Shown here: in pieces, positions 36,401 through 49,246 of the stretch
Numbering within the stretch: the first letter of the stretch is position 1
Layout of the letters: each line of letters opens with the position of its first letter
Assembly (NCBI GenBank): GCA_958009085.1
Contig: OY253687.1
Location: forward strand, 496,001-560,000
Source of the DNA: Protoeuglena noctilucae
Lineage: Eukaryota
Direction of reading: 5' to 3'
Length of the DNA: 64,000 nucleotides
Notes under the pieces: generated by a model
The model's input: only the letters and a program-made list of their open reading frames with translations
Told to the model about the DNA's origin: nothing
The model's database searches: none
Translations under genes and position numbers: made by a program

Positions 36401-38066
36401 TCAAGCTGAGAGCATTTCCTTGACCTCCTGTCGATGCGCCCCCAGCGCCAGCCTGACCACCGGGTGCAGCCACTCCCCCTCCTCTCCCTCCACCGCTCTC
36501 AGCAGGTCGCTGAGCGCGAACCACCTCCACTCTGTGTGCTCCTCGGGGTCTAGCGTAGGGTGCCAGCTGTCCTTCTGAGAGACAGGGGCGAGATAAGGCA
36601 CTGTAACCCAGGAGGCGGCAGTCAGGAAACACTTAGGAGTGTTCAGTGCGCGTGACGGAGAGACACACACGTGCACACATGCCCGCACACACGCACCAGT
36701 TGGGGCTCCATCCGGCACACGAACACCGTGTAGTGCTTCTGCAAGTGCTTCCCTCGCATCGCCAGCACGTGCCCCAGCTCCGTCAGCTCTGGCACAGGAT
36801 CCATTTCCTCATGGGCCTCGCGCCACGCCGTCACTCTGCGCAACAAGAGCAGCTTAGCGTGTCGTGAACGGCAGCAGGAAGGCAGGTGATCAGCTTGGCC
36901 CAAGTGATGATGTGACTGCCACCCTGCGCCGCTTTAGGCACCGATGTGAGACGCACCCACAGCTGCAGTGACGCTGCCCTCACCTCAAGTCCCCGTTATC
37001 CTCCGGGTCCTGGTTGCCGCCGGGTATGCCCCACGTGTTGCCGTTGCCGCTCTCCGGGTGCCGCCGCATCAGGAAGATGTCCGTGCCGCACGCGATGAGC
37101 AGACCAGCGCCCGTCTTCTCCGGCGCCCGCGACTCCCCCGACTTGTGCAGGTGCCCCTGCGCAGCGCTCGACGCCTCGGGGGCATCGTGGGGACCCTCCC
37201 GATGGTGGTGGCGGTAGTGATGGTCGTGGTGGTGGTCGTGGAGGTGGGGCAGACGCTGGTGGGTAGGCGCGGGGTCCGCCGTGTGGTCCGCCCCACGCAG
37301 CGACGGGGCCGCGGCCCTCGGGACGGACCAGGCACGGTCCAGGCGTGCCACCAGGTCCTCCTCTGGCGCTGATTCTGGCACGACGCCAGCGCCGGAGGTG
37401 GGAGCGCCCTCGTCACTGCCCAGGTCGCCACCGGGCGCGTCCTGGCCCATCATCCGCAGCACCTCCGCCTCGTGTCTAGAGAACAGGATGTAGACGACGG
37501 GGTGCAGCCAGCCCCCGCGGTTGCCCCGGATGTCGTTTCGTATCTCCGCCACCGTGTGCCACGCCCAGTCGACATGCTCCGTCTCATCCAGCTGGGGCGT
37601 CCATGACTCTTTCTGCGATGGCGAGAGAGCCAAGCGATGGTTGAGCTGCGGCAGCCTGACGCGAATGGGATTGCGAGCCAGGTCGGATGCTCACCGTCGC
37701 AGCATCGACTTCGCAGACGAACACCGTGTATTCCTTCTCCTTCGCGACGCCCCGCACGGTCAGCACCGCGCCCTTCTCTTCGAACCGAGGCAACGGTCCG
37801 AGTTCCTCCCTCGCCTCCCGCATCGCCGTCGTCCTGGGCGCAGGGCCGGGAAAGATGCTCGGGCGGACTAGGGCATCGGCGCATGCGGCCACAGGACCCC
37901 GAAAGCCCTCCGCGACAAATCACCTCAAATCCCCTTGATCTTCGCGATCTGCGTTCCCTCCCGGGAGGCCCCACGTCCCGCCGTTGCTCTTGCCGGGGGT
38001 ACGACGGGCAAGCAAAACCTGCTGGCCACAGAAGGCGAGGACGCCCGCGCCACGCTTGCTGACCAT
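36401..38066 (-). CDS. Tandem two-domain Nudix hydrolase with His-rich linker
   Basis: GAGVL..LLARR..TWGLPGG..AMREAREELG and GAGLL..FLMRR..TWGIPGG..AWREAHEEMD; both domains end WLHPVV. Confidence 0.88.
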
Positions 38067-38573
38067 GGTAGACGGCCCTTCAATGACCACGCCCGCTGGC
38101 GATAGCTCCCCGGACCTGCAAAAAGGGGCCACAACGAGCGACTCACGATGGACGAAGTCCCGGGACCTGCGCGCGCGATGCCCCAGCAGCCAGTCACCTG
38201 AAGGCCCTCGCTTCAAAGTGCAGAGTCAACCACGCGAAGAAGATCGCGCATGCAATCGTCCACCAAGAAACCATGCCGCACCCACAGAAAAGTGCCACAG
38301 CGGAATCCGTCCCGCTGCAGCCTCGCTGTGGCGATGCGACGACAAGTGCGCCAGAGAGCAGCCGTTGGTCACCCATGGGGTGCGTGGATGCGAAAGATAC
38401 GCCCTGACAGACGTCCTGACTGGTCTGTCGCCCGGCACTCGTCCTGAGGGCCATGCGGCAGCGAGGACTTCTCACTGCGCTGTATCCAGTGTGTGTCGTG
38501 CGCATTCCCACTGGCAGGTGGGAGATCGCCCCAGCTAGCAACCCTCCCGGGGACTGCCTTGAGCGACGTGGTG

Positions 38574-41500
38574 ATGGGCGACCCGCCTCCGGCCCAGCCG
38601 GCCAAGATGATGCGCCCTCGGCGTAAGAGGGTAGAAGATGTGGCTGATGACGTGAAATTTCCCTCGTGGATCGGTCCATGGGACGTCATCTTTTGGATTG
38701 TGATGCTCGTGCACTTGAACAATGCGCCCTACACGAAGGTGAGGCTCGCGTGGCATCTGCTGTCGCCGATGATTAGTATGGCCGATCGTCTTGGTGTCGA
38801 GTGGGTCATCACGGTCAGAGACGCGTCCTCACGCTCAGGTGGAGGAGAGTTTCAACGTCCAGGCCATGCACGACTTCCTTCACCATCGGTGCGTCCGATG
38901 GCGGTGAATTTGCTTTCATGTACACCACAACCTGCTAATGCGCAGCGCTGGCGTCATGCTCGCCCGACACCCGCACCTCGCTGCGCGCGCAGGCTCGACT
39001 TCGCTTCATATGACCACAAAACCTTCCCGGGCCCGGTCCCCCGCACCTTTTTCGGCGCCCTGGTCGTGTCCCTGGTGAGTGCGTTTACATAACATTGAAA
39101 GGAATGCGCCGCAGCGGCACGTAACCCGCTCCTTGGCTGCAACTCCCGCCCTCCCTCGCGCGCAGCTGTCCGCCCCGGCAGTCTGGGCAGTCAGCGTCCT
39201 CGCGCATCCCACCACGAAGATCCTGGGCCAGACCATCTGTCGCGCTGTCCTCGGGACCCTCACTGCCGTCGCTCTCGGGTACTTCAGGCAAGGCCATAGC
39301 CAGGGGGTTGGGTTTCTCAGCAAGCGACCCCTGGGATCCCATTTAAAGACCCCTTTCACTATTGCCCCCCATTCGCTACCACGCAAGCCCAGTCCCTGCC
39401 CCTGTGCCCCCCCAGGCGTGCCCTTCGCGACGTCTTTGGCCCCGGCGCCGCTGCGTGGTTCTCCCTGCTGGCATGTGCCCAGTTCCACCTCCCCTTCTAC
39501 GCATCGCGCCCTCTGCCCAACACCTTCGCGCTCATCGCGTGCGCCGTGGCCCTGGCCGACCACCTGACCCAGCGCCGCCCGGCACGCGCCATCGCCGTCC
39601 TCGCCGCCACCGCAGCCGCTTTCCGTGCTGAGGCGGCCATCCTCCTTTGCCTCGTGGCAGCTGACGCTGTCTGGGTATCGCGCCGCATCCGCCTCGCCGC
39701 CGCGGTCGCCGCCGCCCTCTCGGGCGCCGCTGCCGCACTCGCGCTGACCGCGCCCCTCGACTCCGCCCTCTGGGGCCGCCCCGTGTGGCCCGAGGCCCAG
39801 AGCTTCTGGCTCAACGTCGTGCAAGGCAAGAGCGCCGAGTGGGGCCGCGAGCCCTTCCTGTGGTACTTCTCTGACGCCACGCCCCGCGTCCTCTCGGGGT
39901 CCTTCATCCCGGCCGTCTTCGCTCCCTTCTTCGCCCGCAAAGCCACCGTGAGTGACCATGTGCCGTGGCAGTCTCCGCAATGCCGGTCACATGCACTCCC
40001 GCTTGTAGCCAAGCCACCTTTCCTAACCATGGCAGCCCTTAGAAGCTCTGCTCTGCTTCACCAGCCTCTCTCAGCCCCGCACCCACCCTTCCCCGCAGAG
40101 GCCCCTTCTCCTGGCTTTTCTCTACACGCTCATCTACAGCTTCCTCCCCCACAAGGAGACACGTTTCTTGTACCCCGTGCTCCCGGCCTTGGTCGCGTGC
40201 GCTGCCGTTCCCTTGGCGCGCGTATGGGCCATGCGACGGAAAGCATTCGACGGACGGAGCACCAAGGAGTCCTGGCTCGCGCAAATGATGATGGCGGTCG
40301 CGGGCGGGTGCCTGGCGCTGACCGGCATGACCACGAGCGTTGCCTGTGCCGCATCGTACCTCAATTACCCCGGCGGGTACGCCCTGCAATTCCTGCATGA
40401 GTTTGGGCAGTGCGCCCGGGGCTACTGCTCGGTGCACGTCGGCAACCTGGCTGCGCAGACGGGCGTGACGCGGTTCGGGGAGAGCGCGGAGCAGGGGCGG
40501 TGGGTGTACGACAAGACGGAGGGGCTGCGGCCGTGGGAGTACGCGGTGAGGGGGCGTAACGGGTGGCATGTATGTGGTGGGTGGTTGTTAAGTGGTGAGG
40601 GGGTGGTTGGGGTGACATGCATGCATGCGGTGAGGTTTTGTGTGCGGGGTGTGGGTGCGTGCGTGGCGGAGTATCACGCGCTGCTGTTGCATGGGACGTG
40701 CACCCTCCTCACGCAAGACGAGTTTTCATCAACTGCTCGTCCTTTCTCGTCATCTTTCCCACCATCTCTTTCCTCACAGGAACGTCGGTACGATTACGTG
40801 CTGTCAGACGCTGCCCTGGGCGTGCTGCCCGGGTACAAGTACCTCGGGTCCGTGAAAGGATTCGAGGGGTGGCAGTGGTCGTTCCCGTGCTCCACGGACC
40901 CCCTGAACATGCTGCTGTGTCCGTTGGAAATGAAGCCGCCGGTCTTTGCGGCTCTGAAACTGGCGCCCCAGGTGCGGTGTGGCGAGCAGGGCTGCGTGTT
41001 GACAAGGAGGGGCTGCGTGTGGGAGAGCAGGGGCTGCATGTTAATGTGCTGCATGTGTCAAAGTAGCAACTTCAGGCTGGGAATGCCCTGTGTTTGCTTT
41101 CGTGCCAGCACCCTGACACAGCCCATGTGTTTGCTTGCATTCCATCACCCGACACTGCCCGTGCCCTCGCTTGTGTCATCGCAGGTGCATCTGTTGGTGC
41201 ATGAGGAGTCGGGCATCGTCATCCCACAGGAACTGGTCGACATGACGCGGGTGAGGCGCGATTGGAAGGTCGACAGCTTTAGAACGATGTGAAAGATCCT
41301 CCATCACTGGCCGTTACCTCCCCGCGCCTTCCGCAGTCCTTTGTCCAGCAAACCATCCTCGAGATCAATCAAAACGTGGACAGGATCGCCGACGCTGTGT
41401 TGGCGGCGGGAAGCATCGACCCGGCACTGGGCGAGGCGGCGGCTACGATGCGTGGGGCGGGGGAGGATGCACGCGCCCGTGCATCTGCAGGGGTGACGAG

Positions 41501-41807
41501 CATGGAAGGGGCTGCGACAAGCACGACACGGGATGCAGCAAGCACGAAGGGGACTGTGACAGGCGCGAAAGGGGCTGCGGCGGGAGTGGATGGGAAGGGC
41601 TCGCGTGGCGCACCCAGTGGCGACGGTACCACCAGGGTGGCCACGGCTGCGGCTGGGGAATCTGGGCAGGCCACGCGGGGGGTTGGGACTGGGGCGGGGG
41701 TCAAGGGGCAGGCCTCGGCAGGGAGCGGGGCGGAGGGTGGGGCCCGTGTGGGAGCTGACAAGGCGGCGGGGGCATCGAGCCCTGGGAAGCTGACTGGAGC
41801 GAGTTGA
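38574..41807 (+). CDS. ALG12: Dol-P-Man alpha-1,6-mannosyltransferase ALG12 (GT22) with probable Ala/Gly/Thr-rich C-terminal exon
   Basis: PYTK|VEESFNVQAMHD..YDHKTFPGPVPRTFFGA, WPEAQSFWLNVVQGKSAEWG, YSFLPHKETRF, SYLNYPGGYAL, NLAAQTGVTRF. If the last intron is unspliced the CDS stops at 41292. Confidence 0.92.
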
Positions 41808-42015
41808 CGTGGAAGCCTCTCTTAACGTGCATAGCGTGCTTCTTTGACTTTCAAGCTCGTAGCAGCTCTTGTCCGTTTCTGTCATAGTAGAAAATTGTAA
41901 GTGTATCAAGTTTGGTGAGCGGTGGGATGGCATCGCAGGAAAGGGAGGTCCGTGTTGCACTGTAGGTCTGCAGTCCAGTCCACAGCCGTGCCTTCGCCGC
42001 GTGGAGCGTGTAACA

Positions 42016-44055
42016 TCATGGCACACCGTGACACATCTGGTATGAGGAGATGCGGTGCACGCTCCCAATCCTCGATGTCCCCAGGAAGAAGCGTGTGTTC
42101 GAAAAATCCTCCGTCATGGGGTTGTAGCCAGAAGGCGTCAAGGTCTTGCTGGTATCTGCCCATGCCCTGCGAGCAATGGGTGTCAAGTGGGTGAGCCAAG
42201 TGGGTCAAGTGGGTTGGCCGACTGTGTGGCACGCGGCCAGGCACACAAACCCCCCCCAAGAACACCTCGCCTGAGGAAATGGGACGACGGCATGTGCTGG
42301 CATTCGACGTGCCGCACCCAGCCGTCCCCTACGGACCCCGCACTCTCCCCCGCACTTCGGTAGAGAGACTGCAGAGCCTCGAAATCCGTCGGGAAAAAGA
42401 TGTCTGCCTCCCCGCACCGCACTAAGACCGAGTCGTAATCGTGGGCCCTGCCGCCCTGCATGCGCCATGCTAAGTTGGCTGTGCCAAGGCCGAGAGATGC
42501 TGAACACGTCAAAGCATGTTAGTTGGTGAGAGCAAGGCGAGAGGAGAACTCGTGTGGATGCCCACCTTGGTAAATGACACGATCGGAGCGTTCCTGCCCG
42601 CTATCTGCACCTCTGGCAAAGCGTCGAAGTCTGCGAGTACCACTGAGTGGTTGGGCCGGGCACGCATGACCTCCGTCAGGAACGAGAGGGCCACCGTGGG
42701 AAGCCAGACAACTTGACTGCCGTCTTTGTCGTGCAGGCGCGTGTCCTGCGCCCTGCGGACCACGGCATGGCGATCAGCGGTGCACGGTCCTGCGCAACCC
42801 TGCACATGGTCAAAGCACATGGTCAAACAACACCAGCAGAGAGAGGCAGCAATGATGTCTGCAACATGGCCCATGCATAGCAACACTCACTCGCCCCCAA
42901 ACACCCAGTCGACGGCCGCCTGGGCCCATTGCCGAAGACTGGCACGCCGTGGCGGCCCCATCCACTCCCGACAGGACAGGGCGGCGGCCACGAGAGGGTC
43001 CGATAGGGGTCTCAAGACCTCCTCCACCTCGTCATTAGACAGGTTGAGCAACCACGGCGGCTCCGGGCCCCACCGGAGTGCGAACATGCCTGCACCCGTG
43101 CCACCTCTCCCGCTTCCGCTCGCCACGGCCTCCCCTGAGCGCTCCCCAGCGTCGCCGCCGTCCAGAGGGCCCGCGGCCGCACCCCGGGGCCGCACGCACG
43201 CCTCCATCCATGCCGAAGCTGGGTCGGCACGCACCACCTTGTCGTGCGGCATGTTGTCCAGCACCTCCATGGCCAGCACCACCGTGTGGCGAGGGTCCAC
43301 GTCTCCCCACGACCCAGCCTCCGCCGCGTCTGCACACGAGGAAAGTAGGGGTGTGATGACTGCCAGCCGCAAGAGCCCGCAACAACGCGGGGCGGACCTG
43401 GTGTGGGTCCTCTCGTTGCCTGCTCATGTGCATTACTCACACCGGCCTGGCTGGCACAAAGAACAGGTCCAAGCAGCTCTCACCGCGGACTTGGACTTGG
43501 AAACGGGAGCCGTGACCGCCGTCCTCAGACACACGCCGCGTCTGACGCGCCGCCAGCTCCGCGCTCGCCTCCACGCTCGTGTACTGGACGTCGCGGTACA
43601 CGTGCGGCGCGCTGTCCCGCACGAAGTCCAGGATGTCGCGCGCGAGGCCCCCGGCGCCAGCACCGACCTCAACGATCCGCAACGGATCGACCGTCCGCAG
43701 CTTGGCGTGCTCGGCCAGGACGTACCTCGCGACACCCTGCATGTCGCGGGTCGCATCTGGGAATGGTGTCGCATCCGCAGCCGTCGACTCTCATGCACTG
43801 TGCGGCAGGACAGCGCCGCACCTGGCCGAAATAAGGCCGGAACACTTCGGAGGGAGTGAGCCAGGCCGTCCCCAGCGTGCGGTACGCCTCTGCGAGCTTG
43901 GCGCGATAACCCGACTCTCCGAGGATGAACTTGTAATCGAGGGGCTGGTCGAGAGAGCCGACGCTCCCCGCCTGGCGCGTGAAATACCCGTGGCGAGGAT
44001 GGTACAGCGCCGCCCGGATGAACTCGCGCAGCAGGCGCGGGCGCGCCTCCTTCAT
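42016..44055 (-). CDS. NDUFAF7/MidA-family SAM-dependent methyltransferase
   Basis: REFIRAALYHPRHGYF, WLTPSEVFRPYFG, IVEVGAGAG, MEVLDNMPHD, ADIFFPTDF, GYNPMTEDFSNTRFF. The true start may lie upstream. Confidence 0.87.
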
Positions 44056-44793
44056 CGCGCTGGAGCGCGATCGTAATCGACAGCTATCGGGCAGTCACTA
44101 TTCACGGCGAATGCTTGCGCAGGAGAGCGCGAGCACGGGCCCCACCAGACCGGCTTTGCACACGCTGATGCGCGCTGTGTCGCGCACCAGGAGCCCGTGG
44201 CTCGCCGCAGTGCACTCCTCGCAAGCTACACGACAGAGTATGTTGCGGGATCGGCGATGTCATGGCTGAGATGCGAAGCGATATCAGGCGTCATGTCAGA
44301 GACGCGACGTCGACCGCATGAACACCGATGGCCGCGATTTCCAGCCACATATCGATCACCAGCACCGAGGGCGCGTTTCGCATCCGCTCCCTGCCGTCCC
44401 CGCTTTTTTCCCCTCCTCCCCCGCTCCGCTCCTTCCATCCGCTGTGCCCCTCGCCGGCTTTTCGCATCCACAGCCCACAAGCGTTTCGGTGGGGCTCTTT
44501 CTGCAGCTGGCGCTTTAGAAAGCGGCTGTTTGCTTGTCTGGGAGCAAAGGTAAGTTAGTCGTGGCTGCGGTGGACGGCAACAGCGAGTTTCTTTGAGCCC
44601 GACCGCCGGCTGAGGGGCCGTGGCTTGGAGGAGCGGGGATTTGCTCGTTAGGTAGCGTTGGACCGTTAGCCGCCCAGGCTCGCCCTCCTCGCCCTCGGTT
44701 GCGTCCCTTATCTCTCGAGCGAGGGCTGCTTGGCAGTCCGGTGGCGGCCCAGGGCCCTCCGCGCGCACTGAGGAGATCGTTTCGGGGGGCGAG

Positions 44794-46581
44794 ATGGCAG
44801 AGCCGGAGGCCAAGCGGATGAAGCCCGCGGCCAAGGACCCCGATGGTGAAGAGGGGGACGTGGACGCCGGGGGCGAAGCTGGATACGACGTCCAGTCGCC
44901 GGAGGAGCAGGCCGCGCTCCAGGAGCTGATGGCCTGCCAGGAGCAGCTGGCCGAGGTGCGCAGCGCGGGGGAGGTCGCGATCGGCGTTGCTGTGGGAGGA
45001 TAGTTACCAGTGCAATAGCCCGGGACGGTTAGCCGCCGGGCCGGGCCCGCCCTGGGGCGTCTCCAGGGGCTGATCGCCGCTGTGCCCGGAACCCTTGCAG
45101 ATCGACGACGAGTACCGCAAGGAGGCGCTCGCCTTGCAGCGCAAGTTCTTCGTCAAAAAGCAGCCTATCATGACGAAGCGCGCGGAGGCCACCGGGAAGA
45201 TCGGGAAGGTGGGGCCCGGGGGGCAGAGCCCGCTTTGCGCTGGGGTCGCCTCCTGCACGGCGCAGCGGCGCAATCGCACCCCCAATGGCCGCCCGCGCAG
45301 TTCTGGTACACGGTGATTACCGGGCACCCGATGCTCTCGACCGTCATGACGGTGGAGGACCACCAGGTCCTCCAGTACGTGAAGGAGTTGACGATCATGG
45401 ACACGGAGGAGAACGGGACGCAGGGGTTCGCGGTGCGAGCGCCGGCCTCACGCACGCGCTTGTTGACATGCATGTTTGCGTCCCATGCTTTCCGCGAACG
45501 CCCCTGGCGCAGCAATGTGGGCCGCCTGGGACGCACGCTGGGGCACGCTGGGTGCTCATGCCCGCGCCGCCGGATGGCTTCTTTGCAGATCACGATGACG
45601 TTCGAGGAGAACCCGCATTTCTCGGACGAGAGCGTCACCAAGTCGTTTAAGTACATGGACGGGGAGGACGGCGTCCCGGTGGTGAGCATGCGCGAGCGAT
45701 GCAGCGACATGAAAGCATTGGAACGTCGCCTGTGGTTTGCGCATTGATGCAGAGAGGCACAGAAGGAAGCGCGCGACTGATATGGCAGGCACAGCAGGGC
45801 CGCGTGTGTGAGCGCGAATGTGGCGATTTGCGCTGCAGATGGTGGTCGAGGGGCAGGAGCCCAACTGGAAGCCGAACGGCAACCCTTGGAGTGCGACGGA
45901 GGACGACGAGGGCGAGCGGGGCCGGAAGCGCCTGCGGGAGGCGCCCCAGGCGCGTTGCTGCCGGCTGCCATGACGCACTGGCTTGCCCGGAATCAGAGCC
46001 AGCGGCGTCCGCAGCGACGCTCCGTGCGCCATTTCTCGCAACAAATAACTCAATTTCCGATTTCCGCCGCCGCAGGAGGGCCTCTTCTCTTGGTTCATGA
46101 CGTCAGAGGCGCTCCCGGCCGCGGAGTCGCTGCAGGACGCCGACAACATCGCCCACATCTTCCGTCAGGAGCTCTACGCCAACCCGGTGCCGTACTGGTC
46201 CGGGGAGGCGCTGCAGCAGGCGCAGGAGGCGGCGCACGGCCTGGGCGAGGACGACGGGGAGGAGTTTGGCGAGGAGGACGGGGAGGGGCTGGAGCTGGAC
46301 GAGGGGGCTGAGGCGGGTATCGTGGGGGGACTCGACGACGAGGCCTTCGAGGGCACGGAGGGCGACGAGGGTCTCGAGGGTGAGCGGCAGGGTGTAGCCG
46401 GGGGGCGCTATTGAGGTGCAGGCTCTCGGGTTTGGGTTCGGGGGATTGTGGCGCCGCAGGCTGAGCAGGAGTTGAGCTGAGGGATTGATAAGTGTTGACC
46501 TGTTGCGCTGAGCTCGACGTGTATCGGTATTGCCCTGCAGGTGCCGCGTATGAGGACGATGGCCTTGGAGAGGACGCGTGA
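44794..46581 (+). CDS. NAP1-related (NRP/SET-type) histone chaperone
   Basis: LQRKFFVKKQPIMTKR..FWYTVITGHP, ITMTFEENPHF..VTKSF, LFSWF, IFRQELYANPVPYW, acidic tail. Confidence 0.9.
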
Positions 46582-46844
46582 GGCGAAGGATGCGTGGGGT
46601 GCTGTCGATGGTCACTCGCGGGGACCTCGTGTGGGCTCTCAAACTCAGCTGAGCTCACGCGCGCGTCGCACTAACCTCCCACGCGTGGCGTGCGTGCCGG
46701 ACGGGCTGCAGGGGTATGCATCGCTGTCCTGGACGGTAGTATGCTGTTCTACAAGCCGCGGTGGATTCCCTCTTCAACTGAACGCTTGAAAAAGATGGCT
46801 GAGGAGTCGGATGGGTCGGCCCGGAGTGGCCAAGGTCAGGCTGG

Positions 46845-48412
46845 TTACGCATTCGGGTTGATCGGGCTGCGCACCGGCGCCCGCACGCGCGCCGTCAGCT
46901 TGTCGCCCTCCCCCGGCTTGGCGAACATCTCCTCGATCGCCTGCTTGCGGTCCAGCTCCATCAAGTTGTCGAACTCCTCCATGGTCAGCAGAAGGCCCAT
47001 GGCGTCCTGTGGCACAATAACCAACAAAAGGCTCGTTCGCCTGCATCAACCCCAGTCGATCGACCTTAGCCGGCGCCCACGCGCTCGTCTCAACACCAGC
47101 TCACAGACTGTCCACGCTCGCTCCTCCCGGCACTCGCCTGCATCGACCCAGTGGCCTTGAGGTGGCCGTACGCCTTCATCATCGCCTTGGTCGCCGCGTA
47201 CAGCCCCGCCATTGGGTGGATGACGATGTTGTACCCGAGCGCCCCGAGGTTCTTCGTGCTCATCATCGGCGTCAGACCTCCCTCCATCATGTTGAGCATC
47301 TTCAGGCCCTCGACCTGCGCCGATGCAGCGTGGGTGGGTGCAAGTGAGTGGGTCCCAACCACGCCTGGCAGTCGGGCGCCTGCACGCTGGGCTTCAGCGG
47401 CGTGGACAACACCCAGAATACGCACACCATGCCACGCACCCGCTCGCAGATGGCCTCCATCTCCGCGCGGCTGCGGGGCGCCTCGATGAACGCCGCGTCC
47501 GCGCCCGCGCTCAGGTAGAGGTTGGCGCGCGCGATGGCGTCGTCGAGGCCGCGCTTGGCCGACGTGGCGCGGGCGTCCGTGCGCGCCACCAGGAAGAAGT
47601 CGTCGTTGCTGATCTCGTCCCTCGCCGCCGCCACCTTGGCCGCAAACTCGTCCATCCCCGTGACCTCGAGGTTGTACATGTGCCCGGGCCTCTTGGGCCA
47701 AACCTGGTCCTCGATCACCACACCCTTGGCACCCGAGCGGATCAGCGACCGCACCGTCCGCTGCATGTTCAGGATGCCGCCGCCGCCCGTGTCCGCGTCC
47801 ACCAGCAACGCCACCCCCGGCGCCGCCGACGCGATCTGCGACGTCCGCCGCGCCATCTGCGCGAGCCATGGAGGTCAGCTGCTCAGGCCCGCCACTGCCC
47901 GGCTGGCAACCAGGGGTCCCTGGTCATGGGACACGTGATGCAACAGCCCCAGGCCCGGACGCTCGCCTCGGGAGGGTAGAGCAGGCCGAGGTCGGGCTCT
48001 CCGAGCATGGCGGCCGAGACGGCGTACCCAGAGACGAAGGCGCCCTGGAAGCCCGCCGCGTGCAGGCACCGAGCCGAGAGGCCGTCGAAGCAGCCGGGCA
48101 GGGACAGGATGCCATCTGCTGCGTCGATCATCCGGTGAATGGTCGTGTCCTGCGACGCACGGCAGAGGCTCCACAGGCGCTGAGTGAGGACCGGGGGAGT
48201 TGCGTCGAGCAGCGCGGCACCATGTGACAGCCCAAGGCGGCATGTGACGAAGGGACGCCCGCGCCGGGCCTGCACGGATGTCACCTTACGGCGGTCTCCA
48301 TTGGCCGCGCGGCAAGGCCCCGGACCTGCGGGCGCAGAGGTTGAGCCGAGGTGCAGGATCGCCGGCAGCGGATATCACGCCCAGCCAGCGCATCCCACGC
48401 GTTGAGAAACAT
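46845..48412 (-). CDS. Isocitrate lyase/PEP mutase superfamily protein (CPEP mutase/2,3-dimethylmalate lyase-like), organelle-targeted
   Basis: PGCFDGLSA, FVSGYAVSAAMLGEPDLG, VDADTGGG, IEDQVWPKRPGH, VARTDAR, AGADAAFIEAP, NMMEGGLTP. Start inferred. Confidence 0.9.
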
Positions 48413-49246
48413 CGATCTTAGCGAAACCCAGGGACCATCGGGCGCGAGCCGCGAAATCGACGCGGGACGCGGGCGATAACTCCCGGGCAAGGTCGCTGCG
48501 TCGGTTTCGCGAGGGGAGACGGCGACAGGCCTCTGCCGCAAAACGCGAAGGTGTCATGGAGCATCTTCGGATAGCCCCCCAGGAAAAGGCGCGGAGAGGG
48601 CGTGGCCCGCGCAAGGGGGACCAGGGAAGCAAGTCCCAGGGCCGATGCCAGCGTGGGGGCGCTGCAGTGCCAGCCCAGCTCACGGACATAAGCTTTGGGT
48701 ACTGCTTATTAAGAGGCGTCCATGGCACGGGCGATCACGGGACAGGATCGTGCATTTGGCCATGCCCACCTCTCCGCTGCCCCCCCGCGACCCTCTGCGG
48801 CAACGCCGCCACCCTCTGGGACACCGAGCACGCCATCTGCCGAAGCCGTCGCCAGGCTGCACGGTATGCTCCCCGTGCCCGCCTCGGGGATGCACGCAGG
48901 TAGTAGTTGTTGGTGCACAGCTGTTCAGAGACCGAGTTCTTCAGACCAAGTCTTGCGCACTTGTCTGAGACCCGCATCAACGTCCTGGCGACGTCGGAGC
49001 CGGAACGGAGCTGCAAATCCTACATGGGGCAAAGCGCATGTGCAGGTACGGCTTGTTGCGCCTGGCGATGGATCTGGGCAGGCATTCCGCGCTGCCTACG
49101 AGGCAGCAAAAAGGTTGCCGTGTTGTTTGCCAGACCCGCGCCCCGCGCCACCGATCTGTGGAGGCCCACGACGCAGGCGTGCTCGCCATTCCCCGCTTTC
49201 CCCGCGGTTCCTGGCGCGTCCCTCTGCGAAGCGGCGGCATTTTGAA

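Noticed and set aside
48735..49016. 93-aa minus-strand ORF in the gap between divergent genes
   Set aside because: No convincing ATG or upstream exon in frame and no recognisable motif. A small gene cannot be excluded.
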